This document shows, piece by piece, positions 28,353 to 39,525 of a DNA stretch of 60,104 nt; position 1 is the stretch's first letter, and the number at the start of each line of letters is the position of its first letter. Under the pieces are notes generated by a model that searched no databases, was not told where the DNA came from, and worked only from the letters and a program-made list of their open reading frames with translations. The stretch comes from a virus (taxonomy: Duplodnaviria; Caudoviricetes): IMG/VR virus record IMGVR_UViG_3300030012_001141, positions 1 through 60,104 of that record; one strand, 5' to 3'. Both the position numbers and the translations under genes were made by a program.

Positions 28353-30007
28353 TGGCTAATTATAATTACGTATCACCAGCAAAGTTTGTAAGCTATGCGG
28401 ATCTTGCTAAGCAAGAGTCTGCTAGGCTAATGGAAATAGCAAAGCTAGGTCAGGCTAATCAAAATCAATCAATAAACAAAAGAAGAGAGAAGACTATATC
28501 TCAAATTGAAGGTTTACAGATGGATGGATGGGCTACAGCTCATAAAATTCAAGGTAGAAAATTAAAGGCACAAGCTCTTAATGAAATAAACTCCAATCCT
28601 GATGCTGATTTTAATATAATAGCTACTTCTTTACTTGAGATATGGGATAAAGGAAATAGTCACGCTGAAGTAGGTAAAAAAGATGGTGAGTATCAATCGT
28701 ATATAGAAAATCCAGACCTGTATGATGGTGGTAGTTCACCTTACGGTATGGAAGCTGTATTTAATGTGGATGGGTTAAATAAAAGACGAAACAGATTTAA
28801 TAACGTAGGTCTTGTTAATTATGATGAGGATCTAGATATTGGTCAGTTCCGTAATCCAGAATACGATCCTAACGATCCAGATAGCCCTGAGACTTTAAAG
28901 CAATTAGCTATCAATCAAGGAAAAACAGTCTTGTCTGAAGCATCTGGTGTGCACGCTGGTAAAGAATACTATGTAACAGATTCTGGTGAAAAGCAGTACG
29001 TTAGTGGTGGTGCTTTTGATTCATCTGATTTAGGCAACCTAGGTATCTTTAATCCTGATTTTGCTGCTGCCGCTGATATACTCCCAAGCGATGCTCACCT
29101 TAGTTTTAAGACCAAAAGAGGTGCAGGTCACTTCACTAAGCTAGCTACAAATCTTAATAGACAGGTAGATTCTGGTGAGAAAAGCTTTGATCAAGCACGA
29201 AAGGCTTATGTAGATGACGCTCTAGAGTACATCAAGCCAGATGGTCTTTATAGTGTTTCAGCTTTTGAAAGTTCTGCTTTAGCTTTATGGGAAAGGGACA
29301 CTGAAACTGATTATACAACTGATGAAAATATAAGTCCCGCTATTAGAGAACAGTATGGTACTCCATGGGAGTACTACGCTAATAAGATGGCTGATGGCGC
29401 TGATTTATTTGATCCAGAGAAAGGTACTGGAAGTGATATAAAACTTACATCAACAGAAAGGAGACAACTTAGACAGTTAAAAAGTAAAAAAACTACTGAA
29501 CCTTCGAGAGAGTTTGTGAGAGAAATACAAGACCCTCAATACGATTGGGAGAGCGCTCTTATAAATGCTGAAACAGAGTCTGAAAGAAAAGCTATACAGG
29601 ATATTGTTGTAAAGGATCCTGTTACAAACAAGTTTGAATTAAAACCTGATTTTGAATTTGGTAGCGGTGTAGAAGTGAGGACTGGTAACAAAGACGTAAC
29701 TTATAAAGGAGTATACACAAATCAAGTGGAAATTTTTGAAGACGCTGGAGATAACGGATTAGTAGTTATATATACTGCTGGTAAAGTTATGGAAGGTGAA
29801 GATAAATACAACGCTGGGTTTGACACTCCTTTTGCTGAGATGGCATCTAACGTACCATTTGTAGTGATAAATATGTTTAAGCCAGATGACGGCACTGATC
29901 CAAACGCAGATCCTGAGTTTACAGAAGAATATGAGGAGTTAATAAACTCATTCGATGCATTGCCTATAAGAAATGCTCTTCAAACAAAAATAGCAAGCGC
30001 ACAATAA
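28352..30007 (+). CDS. Probable internal virion (ejection/cargo) protein
   Basis: 551 aa, middle gene of a small-medium-large triad typical of podoviruses. Confidence 0.5.
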   Translation: MANYNYVSPAKFVSYADLAKQESARLMEIAKLGQANQNQSINKRREKTISQIEGLQMDGWATAHKIQGRKLKAQALNEINSNPDADFNIIATSLLEIWDKGNSHAEVGKKDGEYQSYIENPDLYDGGSSPYGMEAVFNVDGLNKRRNRFNNVGLVNYDEDLDIGQFRNPEYDPNDPDSPETLKQLAINQGKTVLSEASGVHAGKEYYVTDSGEKQYVSGGAFDSSDLGNLGIFNPDFAAAADILPSDAHLSFKTKRGAGHFTKLATNLNRQVDSGEKSFDQARKAYVDDALEYIKPDGLYSVSAFESSALALWERDTETDYTTDENISPAIREQYGTPWEYYANKMADGADLFDPEKGTGSDIKLTSTERRQLRQLKSKKTTEPSREFVREIQDPQYDWESALINAETESERKAIQDIVVKDPVTNKFELKPDFEFGSGVEVRTGNKDVTYKGVYTNQVEIFEDAGDNGLVVIYTAGKVMEGEDKYNAGFDTPFAEMASNVPFVVINMFKPDDGTDPNADPEFTEEYEELINSFDALPIRNALQTKIASAQ

Positions 30008-30008
30008 T

Positions 30009-33000
30009 ATGATTGATCAAGAAATACTTCAACCAAATCCACAGAATGCACAGCAAGATACAGACTGGGCAAAAGTATACACTGAATATTATAACAAGGG
30101 TTTTAGTTTAATTAAGGCAAAGAGAAAGTTAAAGACTCAATATCCAGATGTTTGGAGAGATCATCAAGATGGTTTGATTTCGTTTTACGAAAGTAAAAAA
30201 AAAATTCAAGAAGATCAGCCTCAGTTGGACTCCAGTTCGGAAGAGGTTTCTACGGAATCTACCTCAGATACGGATCAACAGAGTCAGCAAGAGAGTGGAG
30301 ATTTGGTTTCCACTACACAAGAGACTAAGTTAGATACTATTGTTGGTAAAAAACCAACTGCTATCCCTACATATCAATTAGCTTCAGCTGAAATTATATT
30401 TGATCAAGATGAAGACTACATATCTAAGTTTGGTGAAGGTCCTGTATTCAAGTTAAATCCTAACAGATTACTTACTGAGGAAAAGGACTCTAAAATATTT
30501 ACAGACCTCCAGCTTTTAGAAGAGAGTTCTTTTGATCGCTGGTATAATAAAACGGTATCTAAAGATCCTAGACTCGCTTCTAATATTGAGGCGTTTTTAT
30601 CATCACCAGAAAACGCAATGCTTAAAGGTCATATAGATCTGGGGCTTCCGTTACATTATGTAAAAGATGGTATTCTAGACATGCTTGCTGTACTAGACGC
30701 AAAGCCTGATGAGTTTGATGTAAGTCAAGATGAGGTTGATAGCTCTACATATTCTGGTAGACTTTTAAAATCTTCTAATATAGAGGATATGACTCCAGGA
30801 GAAAAGTACACAGGCAGAAGAATACAGAGAAAAACAATGAAAAGACTAGAGAAGTCATATAACGATTTTTTTAGAGATATGGTTTTTCAATCCTTACCGC
30901 AAGAGGTTAGGTTAAATGAAAATAAACTCAAAGACTTAGAGTATTACTTTAAGTTGGGTTCTGACAATCTATTTGATTTTACTGGAGACAAGGAGATAGG
31001 CAACAAAACTTGGTGGCAGGATGGTCTTACTTCAGCTGAGCTAGGTAGTATGACGTTCACTAATAAGATGGGTTATTTGGGGAGTAGGCTTATGGGGCTT
31101 ATTTTTGACACTACTTTTGGTGAAGGCGAAGACGATTCTTTTAGAGAGGGTTTTGATAAAGGTGTAGCCATACGTGAAAAAGAGATGGAGGATATGAGGA
31201 GTAAAATGAACAGCTACGAAGAAAGTATTTCTAAAAGTTTATCTAACTTTTTTGAAACTGGCGACTTTACATCTTTAAATAATTATTTCGAACAGTCTTT
31301 TTTGATGACTGCAGAGGCTTCTCCTCAGATAGCTATGGCTATTGGAGGTGGCGCTATGGGTTTGGGACCAACAGGTATCGCCTTAATGCTAACTGCAGAC
31401 GGCATTGCTACAGAGGCATATACTATAAGCAATGACATTACTTTTGATGATTTTATAGACAAAGAATCTGGAGAAAAATTAACTTATTATGAAGCTTTAA
31501 AAAACATACCTGTAAGCGAAACCGACACGCTAGAAAGTCTTGAACAAAAGCTTAGGGTTATGTACGATATAGAAACCAATAATGCCAGAAGGGGTATGTA
31601 TCTAGGTAGTATAGCTGTAACAGACTTTGCTGCTGATAGAATAACTTTTGGTATTGCAGCTAGGGCTTTAAGAAATACTAAATTTAGTGCTACTCCAAAC
31701 AATAAGGAACTTGTAAGAAATCTTCTCGCTGGTAGCGGTATTGCCATTCCAGAAAGTGCTATACCTACTTTCCTTAGCGCATGGAACAGAGAGTATCAAA
31801 AGGCCAGTCAAACTGGGGACCCAAACTGGGATGCATATGAGGCTTACGAAAGGGCTCTTGATATAACTCTAGGTGTTTTACCTTTAGGACCTGTCATGCA
31901 TGTAGGAGGCACATCTTTAGCTTATACGAAACACTTAGCTAATAGCAGGATAGGTAAAGACGGAATGAACGCTCAACAGAGAAAGCTTTTAGAAACTCTG
32001 CAAGAAACTGCTGATAATCCTCACGTATCTAGCGAAGAGAGAATGCAGGCTTTACAGTTCATTAATCAGATTAAAAAAGAGGGTAGAGCTGAAGTTAGGA
32101 AAGCAGAAGCCTTTTACGAATACGTAGGTCAGAGAAGTCAAACTGATTTAGATCAAATAACAAATATAGATTTACGTTTACAGAGGTTTGTTCGTCAATA
32201 TGACGCTACAAAAAATCCTGAATTAAAGATTCTTATTAGAGATAAGATGGCTGATCTTATAAAAATGAGAGATTCTGTTGAGTCAAAATACAATGAAGGC
32301 TTTGAAAGCTCTTATGATGTTACGTTTAGAGAGCCAGTAAGTGGTAGAGAGTATACCGTTAGATTTGATGAAGAAGGTGGTATAGTCCCACCTAAAGATG
32401 ATGCTGATGTTAAGCCTAAAGATGAGGCTGATGTTACACCTGAAGGTGAAGCTCCTCCAGTAATAACTCCAGATGACGCTAACAGAAAGACTCCTGATGA
32501 AATCGAAGGACCGCTTGAGGGAGAACCTAGAAATAATGATACAAACACAAAAGTTGAAGAAGAGGAAGCTGAAGTAGCGAGATTCAAAGGCGGTTGGTTA
32601 AGAAAACTTTTTAGAGAAACTTTTAGAACTGATGCGGGCGTTGGTGGTACACGTCCTGGTAGAGGTTTAGCGTTCTGGAAAAAGAGAAAGTATGCAGACG
32701 TTGCTGATATCATTCTAGAACAACAAAGAGTATCTGCATCCCTTAGAACTCAAGTTGGCATGGATTTAGGTATGCTAGATATTTTATTTCAGGATTTAAG
32801 ATTTGACGTTAACGGTAAAAAAATTAGTTCAGAAGAATACTCTAGAAGAGCTGCAGAGCTTAATAAGTATATGAAGGGTGATCCTAATGCTAAAGTTGCT
32901 TTCTTAGACGAAGCTCAAAAATCTAAAGTGGATTATTTAAGAGGTAGAATAGATGCAGCTACTGATGATATTATAAGATTGTTAGAAGAGAATCCTACAG

Positions 33001-35456
33001 AAAAAAATAAAGCGTTAGTAGAATTATTGAAGTCTAACAAAGGTCATTACTTAAAGAGAAGTTACGAAGCTTTTACAGATAACGGAACTTGGTTAAGGGA
33101 GCTAAGTATGAGATTTGATGAAATGCCAGCAGATAAAAAAGCTTTATTTGATGATGCTGTAGATTTTATAATAAATCAAGAAGGCTTCAAAGGTAGTAGA
33201 TTGGAAGCTAGAAAAATTGTTACGTCATATATACAAGATATAAATAAAAAGATAAGATCTGGAGACTTTGCTTACGGATCTGGTACAATAGGCGCTTTAG
33301 ATACTAAAATGTTTGCTGGTAGAAAAGATATACCAGAACCTTTTAGAAAGCTTTTAGGCGAGATTGATGATGTAAACTTTAACTATGTAAATACAATGCA
33401 TAGATTGACTGGATACGTTTCTGATCTTCAATATCAAAAGAGCTTAAAACAGTCTATGTTAGATTTAAGGTTAGCTTCAGAAACTTCTCAGCAAGGATTA
33501 GTGCCTCTAGAGACAGGTAAGGCTTATAGTGGTTTAGACGGGCTGTATGTAGATCCTGTATTTAAAGAAATGTATGACGGCATGATGCCTATTCCCGTTT
33601 CTCCTAGTAAGTTCTGGAGAACAATTCATGGGTTTCAGGGTTTAGTAAAGATTGGTAAAACTCAGTACTCACCAACAACTACAGCTAGAAACCTTATTAG
33701 TGGTAACTTCTTAGGGTTAAACTCTGGACACTTTTTCCTTACCAACCCTAACGCAATAGCTATGGCTAAAGATTTAGCTTGGGGTGATCCTAATGTAGTA
33801 AATCAAAACAAAAGGTTAAAAGAAGCTACTTTAGATCTTATAAAAAAGGGAGTGCTTGGTGATGGTGCGAGAGCATCAGAGGCGTTAAAAATGCTTAGGG
33901 ATTGGAGCGAATTAACTGAAGCTAACAGAATAGCTCAGCAACAAGGAGGTAGTAAAGCTAGAAAAGCAGCTAGAAAGTTAAGACAATTTACAGAAAGAAC
34001 TTACGCTTTTGGTGATGATTTCTTTAAAGTTACAGGGTATTACATAGAAATGAACAAACTTCTTAGAGATAGCCCTAACATGACTAAGGCTGAAGCTGCA
34101 GACATAGCAGCAAATCGTATTCGTAATGGATACCCTACGTATTCTATGATACCTAGGAATATAAAGAAGCTTAGAAGATTCCCACTTTCTGGTATGTTCG
34201 TTTCATTCCCATACGAAGTTTATAGGACAACTGCAAATAACTTAAGATTTATTGCTGAAGACTTAGCTGCAGGTAGAATGCGAATGGCTTCTGAGAGACT
34301 TCTAGGTATGACTGTTGCTAACGGATTAGGATTTAGTTTATTTAACTACAGTAAAGATATTCTTGGATATGACGATGAGGATGTAGATGCAATTAGAGCT
34401 TTAGGAAGTAGTTTTTCTGCTAACTCTAGACCTATGTTATTACCTATGAGTGAAGAGGGAGATATTAATTACCTTGACATGAGATCTTTCCTACCTCAAG
34501 AACAGATATGGGGGCCTGTAATGACTATACTAGGTCAAGGAGATCCTACGGATGAAAACTTTATGGAGAGAGTAAATACAGCTATAGGTGAAGCGTTGTC
34601 TCCTTTTACAGCTGCTGATGCTACATCTAAATTTGCCTTTGAAATATTTAATAATAGAAGAGTAGATACTGGCGCACCAATATATTACTACGATCAAGAT
34701 AAAAATGTATTAGAAAATATATTAGATAACGATGAGGAAATAACTAAATATTTAATGAGGGGTGTTGGTCCTGGAGTTTACAATAACTTAGTTGATTTCC
34801 TTAGGGCTAACGAAGTTATGCCAGAAGTATTCGGGACAAAAGAGACTCCTTACAAAGAGTTCAGTAATTCTGATGCTATATTAGCTCTCTTAGGTTTCCG
34901 TGTACAGACCCTCAATCTAAAGACTGGAACGATTCAGGCTATCCACGAAGAAAATATGGATTTAAATGGTTACATAAACTTCCATTTAACCAAGTCTGAT
35001 ATAAACCTTTGGACTAGACAAGATCCAGAATACCTTTCTAAGATAGGTTTTGAATATGCAGACAAACAAGCTGCTGTATCAAAGAGACTTATGAAGATGG
35101 TTAACTTTGCAGTTAAATCTAAAATGACTCAAGAGGAGTTTATAGAAACATTAGTGCAAAGCGGAATATCTAAGGCTGATGCAGGTTTAGTTTATTCAAA
35201 CGTAACTAAAGGTACAGATATGCCTTTAAGCCCTAAAATTATAACGGATCAAAAATTTGAAAGTCTTTACAATTATATAAAGGATTCACACAGAGGAACT
35301 GATGAGGAACTTAAAGAAAAAGTTAGATCTGCAATGGACGCTGTGATTACATTCAATCTTAATGTTATTGAGAAATGGAAGACTTACTTCCCTAACTATG
35401 AATTAAAAGACGATAAAGAGAATTTTGAATTCTATAAAAAAGTTAATAAAAGATAA
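30009..35456 (+). CDS. Large internal virion (ejection) protein
   Basis: 1815 aa helical; C-terminal YPTYSMIP...LRRFP...FVSFPYEVYRT region as in large phage internal proteins; no RNAP catalytic motif seen. Confidence 0.6.
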   Translation: MIDQEILQPNPQNAQQDTDWAKVYTEYYNKGFSLIKAKRKLKTQYPDVWRDHQDGLISFYESKKKIQEDQPQLDSSSEEVSTESTSDTDQQSQQESGDLVSTTQETKLDTIVGKKPTAIPTYQLASAEIIFDQDEDYISKFGEGPVFKLNPNRLLTEEKDSKIFTDLQLLEESSFDRWYNKTVSKDPRLASNIEAFLSSPENAMLKGHIDLGLPLHYVKDGILDMLAVLDAKPDEFDVSQDEVDSSTYSGRLLKSSNIEDMTPGEKYTGRRIQRKTMKRLEKSYNDFFRDMVFQSLPQEVRLNENKLKDLEYYFKLGSDNLFDFTGDKEIGNKTWWQDGLTSAELGSMTFTNKMGYLGSRLMGLIFDTTFGEGEDDSFREGFDKGVAIREKEMEDMRSKMNSYEESISKSLSNFFETGDFTSLNNYFEQSFLMTAEASPQIAMAIGGGAMGLGPTGIALMLTADGIATEAYTISNDITFDDFIDKESGEKLTYYEALKNIPVSETDTLESLEQKLRVMYDIETNNARRGMYLGSIAVTDFAADRITFGIAARALRNTKFSATPNNKELVRNLLAGSGIAIPESAIPTFLSAWNREYQKASQTGDPNWDAYEAYERALDITLGVLPLGPVMHVGGTSLAYTKHLANSRIGKDGMNAQQRKLLETLQETADNPHVSSEERMQALQFINQIKKEGRAEVRKAEAFYEYVGQRSQTDLDQITNIDLRLQRFVRQYDATKNPELKILIRDKMADLIKMRDSVESKYNEGFESSYDVTFREPVSGREYTVRFDEEGGIVPPKDDADVKPKDEADVTPEGEAPPVITPDDANRKTPDEIEGPLEGEPRNNDTNTKVEEEEAEVARFKGGWLRKLFRETFRTDAGVGGTRPGRGLAFWKKRKYADVADIILEQQRVSASLRTQVGMDLGMLDILFQDLRFDVNGKKISSEEYSRRAAELNKYMKGDPNAKVAFLDEAQKSKVDYLRGRIDAATDDIIRLLEENPTEKNKALVELLKSNKGHYLKRSYEAFTDNGTWLRELSMRFDEMPADKKALFDDAVDFIINQEGFKGSRLEARKIVTSYIQDINKKIRSGDFAYGSGTIGALDTKMFAGRKDIPEPFRKLLGEIDDVNFNYVNTMHRLTGYVSDLQYQKSLKQSMLDLRLASETSQQGLVPLETGKAYSGLDGLYVDPVFKEMYDGMMPIPVSPSKFWRTIHGFQGLVKIGKTQYSPTTTARNLISGNFLGLNSGHFFLTNPNAIAMAKDLAWGDPNVVNQNKRLKEATLDLIKKGVLGDGARASEALKMLRDWSELTEANRIAQQQGGSKARKAARKLRQFTERTYAFGDDFFKVTGYYIEMNKLLRDSPNMTKAEAADIAANRIRNGYPTYSMIPRNIKKLRRFPLSGMFVSFPYEVYRTTANNLRFIAEDLAAGRMRMASERLLGMTVANGLGFSLFNYSKDILGYDDEDVDAIRALGSSFSANSRPMLLPMSEEGDINYLDMRSFLPQEQIWGPVMTILGQGDPTDENFMERVNTAIGEALSPFTAADATSKFAFEIFNNRRVDTGAPIYYYDQDKNVLENILDNDEEITKYLMRGVGPGVYNNLVDFLRANEVMPEVFGTKETPYKEFSNSDAILALLGFRVQTLNLKTGTIQAIHEENMDLNGYINFHLTKSDINLWTRQDPEYLSKIGFEYADKQAAVSKRLMKMVNFAVKSKMTQEEFIETLVQSGISKADAGLVYSNVTKGTDMPLSPKIITDQKFESLYNYIKDSHRGTDEELKEKVRSAMDAVITFNLNVIEKWKTYFPNYELKDDKENFEFYKKVNKR

Positions 35457-35461
35457 AAAAT

Positions 35462-35896
35462 ATGAGTAAAAAAATTAAAGATACAAAGCTAGGATCTTGG
35501 TTAGCAGAAAAAGCACCTCAAGTGCTAGGCGTAGTAGGGGATCTTCTACCAGATAGCGGAGCTATGGGTGTAGTTAAAAACCTTATTGACAAAGATGATA
35601 GTGTTGACTCCGAAGAAGCTCAACGTCAGATCGATGCAGAGGTAAGATTCCAAGAGAACGTAACAGAGCGCTGGAAAGCTGATATGGGTAGTGATGTAAA
35701 GTTAGCTAAACTCATACGCCCTGTTACGCTTATATGTCTCATGGGGATGTTTATGGTAACAATGATGATTGACAGTATGGACAATGTAGCATTTAATGTA
35801 AAGGACTCTTACGTATCTCTACTTGAGCTACTTATGCTTACAGCGTTTGGTGCATACTTTGCTGGTAGAACTATCGAGAAGAAGGCTAAGAATTAA
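35462..35896 (+). CDS. Putative holin (3TM-holin-like)
   Basis: RWKADMGSD...IRPVTL, two hydrophobic segments, FGAYFAGRTIEK end. Confidence 0.65.
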   Translation: MSKKIKDTKLGSWLAEKAPQVLGVVGDLLPDSGAMGVVKNLIDKDDSVDSEEAQRQIDAEVRFQENVTERWKADMGSDVKLAKLIRPVTLICLMGMFMVTMMIDSMDNVAFNVKDSYVSLLELLMLTAFGAYFAGRTIEKKAKN

Positions 35897-36525
35897 TCTT
35901 CTTCTACGTAACCTTCGTACACACCGTTATACAAAGTATTTAACTTTCTAGCTGTGTGTGTAACAGTTTTAGGTTTTGTTCTGTCTGTAATGATTTTGTA
36001 TAGTGTTTTTAGCTCAGGCTTGTAAAACCCTACCTCATCATTATACCAGTCAAGCTTATTGCTTAATGCTTCTTTCCTTAACTCTAGATACTTTATTTTT
36101 TCTTCTAGAGCTTGGATCATAGTATTCTTTTCTGAGATTACTGTAATTAATTGTTTATTTGATTTATCTTCTCTTATGTGATTAGCATTACCAATAGCTT
36201 CCAGGTATTTACTTTTGCAGAACAAATACTTTTCTTTTAACTCAGCATCACATTCTATTAAAGTTGGTGCATCTTTACAGTGATGAAGAATAGTAGCATG
36301 ATTCTTGAGCATGAACCTAGCTATGTTAGTGTATGTATATCCACACTCACGAAGGATATAGCTGTAAACTTTTCTTGCGTCAACTACATTTCTATACCTT
36401 CTACCATGTAGGATGTCGTCTTCGAATACTTTTGTTACAATGCCGTATAGTATATTCGCATCTCTATTCATATGATCGTGGTACATATCATACCCGTCAA
36501 GTTTTCTTTTTGCTATTAATTCCAT
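35893..36525 (-). CDS. DnaA domain IV-like HTH DNA-binding protein with C-terminal coiled coil
   Basis: RRYRNVVDARKVYSYILRECGYTYTNIARFMLKNHATILH parallels the DnaA C-terminal signature. Confidence 0.65.
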   Translation of the reverse strand: MELIAKRKLDGYDMYHDHMNRDANILYGIVTKVFEDDILHGRRYRNVVDARKVYSYILRECGYTYTNIARFMLKNHATILHHCKDAPTLIECDAELKEKYLFCKSKYLEAIGNANHIREDKSNKQLITVISEKNTMIQALEEKIKYLELRKEALSNKLDWYNDEVGFYKPELKTLYKIITDRTKPKTVTHTARKLNTLYNGVYEGYVEED

Positions 36526-37049
36526 TATACTTTATTTAATTCACCTTCTGGAGTTACGTACTCCATGCAGTAAGGTATTATACTGTAGCTCTTTAGTTCT
36601 CTAAGATCGCTAAGCATTAGTCTAGTTATTTTGTCTTGCCTACCGTTTCGCTGGTATATCTTCTTGTAAGCCTTTAGTTTACTGCGCACAATCTCTGGTG
36701 ATACATTCTCGTAACACCACATAAGTAACTCTTCTCTTTCTACTCGGATAAAGCCACCAACTTCAGACATATCAAAGGCTATCCACTTAGCAGCACCTTT
36801 CGTCCAGCCTGGCTTACCGTTGACGTTAGCAAACTCCACCCAGATCTCATCGGGTAGGTTGTTACCTTTTACATCAACTCCTTTATCTCCATGCCAAAAG
36901 TCTACATGAAGGTTTATGTCTTCGTACTCGTTTGATTTTCTTGCGTCGGGACAAGCTCTCTTGTACCTAGTAGCAGCTATGTTGCCGTCCCTCCAAGATT
37001 GTTTATGTCTCTTGCGACTGACAACACTAGAATGGTGTGTCGTTTTCAT
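36525..37049 (-). CDS. Putative PD-(D/E)XK nuclease-fold protein
   Basis: HVDF...GVDVKG...IWVEF...GKPGW motif. Confidence 0.5.
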   Translation of the reverse strand: MKTTHHSSVVSRKRHKQSWRDGNIAATRYKRACPDARKSNEYEDINLHVDFWHGDKGVDVKGNNLPDEIWVEFANVNGKPGWTKGAAKWIAFDMSEVGGFIRVEREELLMWCYENVSPEIVRSKLKAYKKIYQRNGRQDKITRLMLSDLRELKSYSIIPYCMEYVTPEGELNKV

Positions 37050-37248
37050 ATTCTTTACATGCTTCTCTGACTAGATCTATTTCTATGTTCACCCAGTCTC
37101 GAAAGTCTTTTATTTTATTTAATACTTCATTAAATTCTGTTACGGCGTTACCCTCATCATCATGTAAAGACTCATACAGCATATCTGCTGCATCATGAAT
37201 CCTTTCACATGCTATAAAGTAGGTTTCGCTTACTTTACTATTATTCAT
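37027..37248 (-). CDS. Hypothetical acidic protein
   Basis: 73 aa in the replication operon. Confidence 0.6.
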   Translation of the reverse strand: MNNSKVSETYFIACERIHDAADMLYESLHDDEGNAVTEFNEVLNKIKDFRDWVNIEIDLVREACKEYENDTPF

Positions 37249-37684
37249 TACTCATGGATTTTTTAATCTCTAGGATGGCCTGATCGACTTGTTTTTTATT
37301 CTTAGCCAAATATACATCATAACCTAGGTTATTATCCATAATATGCTTTAAAAAAAGCTTCCATCTCATAGGAAAATCATGATGAGATGGTAAATATCCC
37401 TTTGTCTCTATTATCCACTTAGAACCCTTACCTACAAAATCTGGTGTGTACCTTATGGGATGTTGCACTGAATTTGTTCTATCACTCATCAGTTGTTTCT
37501 TGGCAGTCATTTTGAAATACTTATTAGTAAACCTAAAGGACTCTTTAAGAACAAACTCCTTTTCTTCATAAGAGAAAGCTATCCCAGATTCACGTAACGA
37601 GTCTGAACAATACTTCTCTATAGAAGATTTAAACTTCCCTAATGATTTTTTTTTAGATTTAGTTTTGCGTTTACCTCTTTTCAT
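37241..37684 (-). CDS. Endonuclease I-like Holliday junction resolvase
   Basis: FKSSIE...YE...YTPDF...IIETKG motif of the T7 endonuclease I family. Confidence 0.75.
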   Translation of the reverse strand: MKRGKRKTKSKKKSLGKFKSSIEKYCSDSLRESGIAFSYEEKEFVLKESFRFTNKYFKMTAKKQLMSDRTNSVQHPIRYTPDFVGKGSKWIIETKGYLPSHHDFPMRWKLFLKHIMDNNLGYDVYLAKNKKQVDQAILEIKKSMSNE

Positions 37685-37722
37685 AAAGCGAAGTTACACC
37701 TCATGCTGTATTGCCTCCAAAT

Positions 37723-39525
37723 TTATTTTGATAAAATATTAGAGAAATTTATAGATGATTGCGTATCTCCTTGAAAGTCAATGTTTTCGAATAAAGGTTT
37801 TTTACCTAACCAAGATAGAAATCCTGTGTGAGAGGTATTCATTACCATTCTGTATGGATCTTCTAACGGTGTTGGGTAGCCTCCAGTCTCTACTTCACGA
37901 ACTTTACGTACGTGTAACTCACTCATTTTCCGTATAGTATGGTCTGGTGATTGAACCTTTCGATGAAGTGTAAGGAAACAATCCGATCTGTTAACAAATT
38001 TACCGCCTCCCTCTGTATCCTCAGCATACGGGGCAACTGGGAGCCCATCGTCACCTTTACGTCTTTGAGCCTCTGTGAACGCATGCATGTTCAACCACAC
38101 AGCAACTTCATTTGCTTTTGAGAACGTAAGGAACTGACTAGCAGCCTCATAGTGGTAGTCATGTACACCAATACTTGAACCAGACATATCTAAACGTAGT
38201 GAGTTATAAGGATCTACAAACACAGCGTCCAATACTTGCTGACGCATTACCTTCTCCATAAACAATATTATATCTGAGTAGCTGTATATACCGTTGTTGT
38301 TAATCAAGGTGAAGTGTTCTTGCACCCACTTGTAAGCCTGCTTACGTTGAGCGTACGTCATGTTCTCAACCTTACGATCAGCAGCAAACTGCATCAGATG
38401 CATCTTAACTGACGCTGTCCTATTCTCTGATGAGTATATCAACCACTTCCACCCATGACGTATAGTAGCATTTGCTATAAGGTATAAAGCCATCGTAGTC
38501 TTACCTACATTACTGTGGCCGTTGATGATAACAAACTCCTTCTTGTATCTAAAGTATTCATCTAGGGTAGGGTCTCCTGTATCCAACCCAATCTCTATGT
38601 TACCTTGTGAATAGTCGTCAATCCACCTGAAGTCCTCATCATCTGAAGATATAAAGGACATATCACCGTCATTGATTAGTAACTCCCTTTGCGCTGACTT
38701 CTCGCTATCTATGATGTCTTTAATTGGTAGCGATTTACCTTTTTCAATACCACTTATAATCGTCTGCTTAGCGTGATCTTCAGAATCTATATCCCTTTTC
38801 TCTATCTCTCTGAAAAGGACTCTTAACACTTCCTCTTCTTCCATGCGACCTGCAGAGATATAACCACCACACAGGATAGCTGCTTTGTTAAGTGTAGCCC
38901 ACTTCTCCCCGTCCTTAGCATTACGTATCATACGTGCAGCTAAGTTCAGCTTCATGTAATCCGTATAGGAGTATGCATCATTAGTGGGGACCTGAGCTTC
39001 AGCATGCTCAGTAGTAAAATGACCAAATCTTTTATAGTCATCTTTAATAATTATGTCAGGATCGTAAGACTCAAAACAGGCCCTAGATTCGTTTATTCCA
39101 GTCTCATCGACTTCTAAACCATGTTGACGGCTTAAATACGCTGTAAGCGCCCTAAAATGGTCTCTATGGCGCTCTGGATTGGTGATACGAACAAGCGCTT
39201 TAATGCCATCGCCACTCGGCGACACCCAACAAGCATAAATATAGTCATCTGTAGCCAGCGCCGTCTTCGTTGCCTCAACATCAACGTGATCAAAATCCAG
39301 AACAATGTATCCCGAATGTTCGAATAACGCCTCATCAGCTCTAGACGAAAACTCCCCGCTGAAACATACAACAGGGAGCTCAAGCTTCTTCTCTTTATTT
39401 CCTTCTCTGATCTCATGTATCAGATCCTTGCTCTTCCCCCGTTGGATACGAGAGAGCGCTGTTGCCAGCTGTATGTGATGTGGTGCTTTGGTTGACTTTA
39501 CGTCCTTGAATATAGTTACTTTCAT
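37723..39525 (-). CDS. Primase-helicase (VirE-N/BT4734-like N-terminus plus DnaB-like helicase)
   Basis: LPVVCFSG, HSGYIVLDFD, SPSGDGIKAL, SRACFESYD; Walker A GHSNVGKT, VFVDPYN, HVRKVR; start at MKVTIF. Confidence 0.8.
   Translation of the reverse strand: MKVTIFKDVKSTKAPHHIQLATALSRIQRGKSKDLIHEIREGNKEKKLELPVVCFSGEFSSRADEALFEHSGYIVLDFDHVDVEATKTALATDDYIYACWVSPSGDGIKALVRITNPERHRDHFRALTAYLSRQHGLEVDETGINESRACFESYDPDIIIKDDYKRFGHFTTEHAEAQVPTNDAYSYTDYMKLNLAARMIRNAKDGEKWATLNKAAILCGGYISAGRMEEEEVLRVLFREIEKRDIDSEDHAKQTIISGIEKGKSLPIKDIIDSEKSAQRELLINDGDMSFISSDDEDFRWIDDYSQGNIEIGLDTGDPTLDEYFRYKKEFVIINGHSNVGKTTMALYLIANATIRHGWKWLIYSSENRTASVKMHLMQFAADRKVENMTYAQRKQAYKWVQEHFTLINNNGIYSYSDIILFMEKVMRQQVLDAVFVDPYNSLRLDMSGSSIGVHDYHYEAASQFLTFSKANEVAVWLNMHAFTEAQRRKGDDGLPVAPYAEDTEGGGKFVNRSDCFLTLHRKVQSPDHTIRKMSELHVRKVREVETGGYPTPLEDPYRMVMNTSHTGFLSWLGKKPLFENIDFQGDTQSSINFSNILSK

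Noticed and set aside
32391-32436. Short PKD(D/E)ADV duplication in the large ejection protein
   Set aside because: Two copies in a Pro/acidic linker, ordinary low-complexity expansion
30009-35456. Virion RNA polymerase
   Set aside because: Size is suggestive but I found no DxDGD/DFDID catalytic motif
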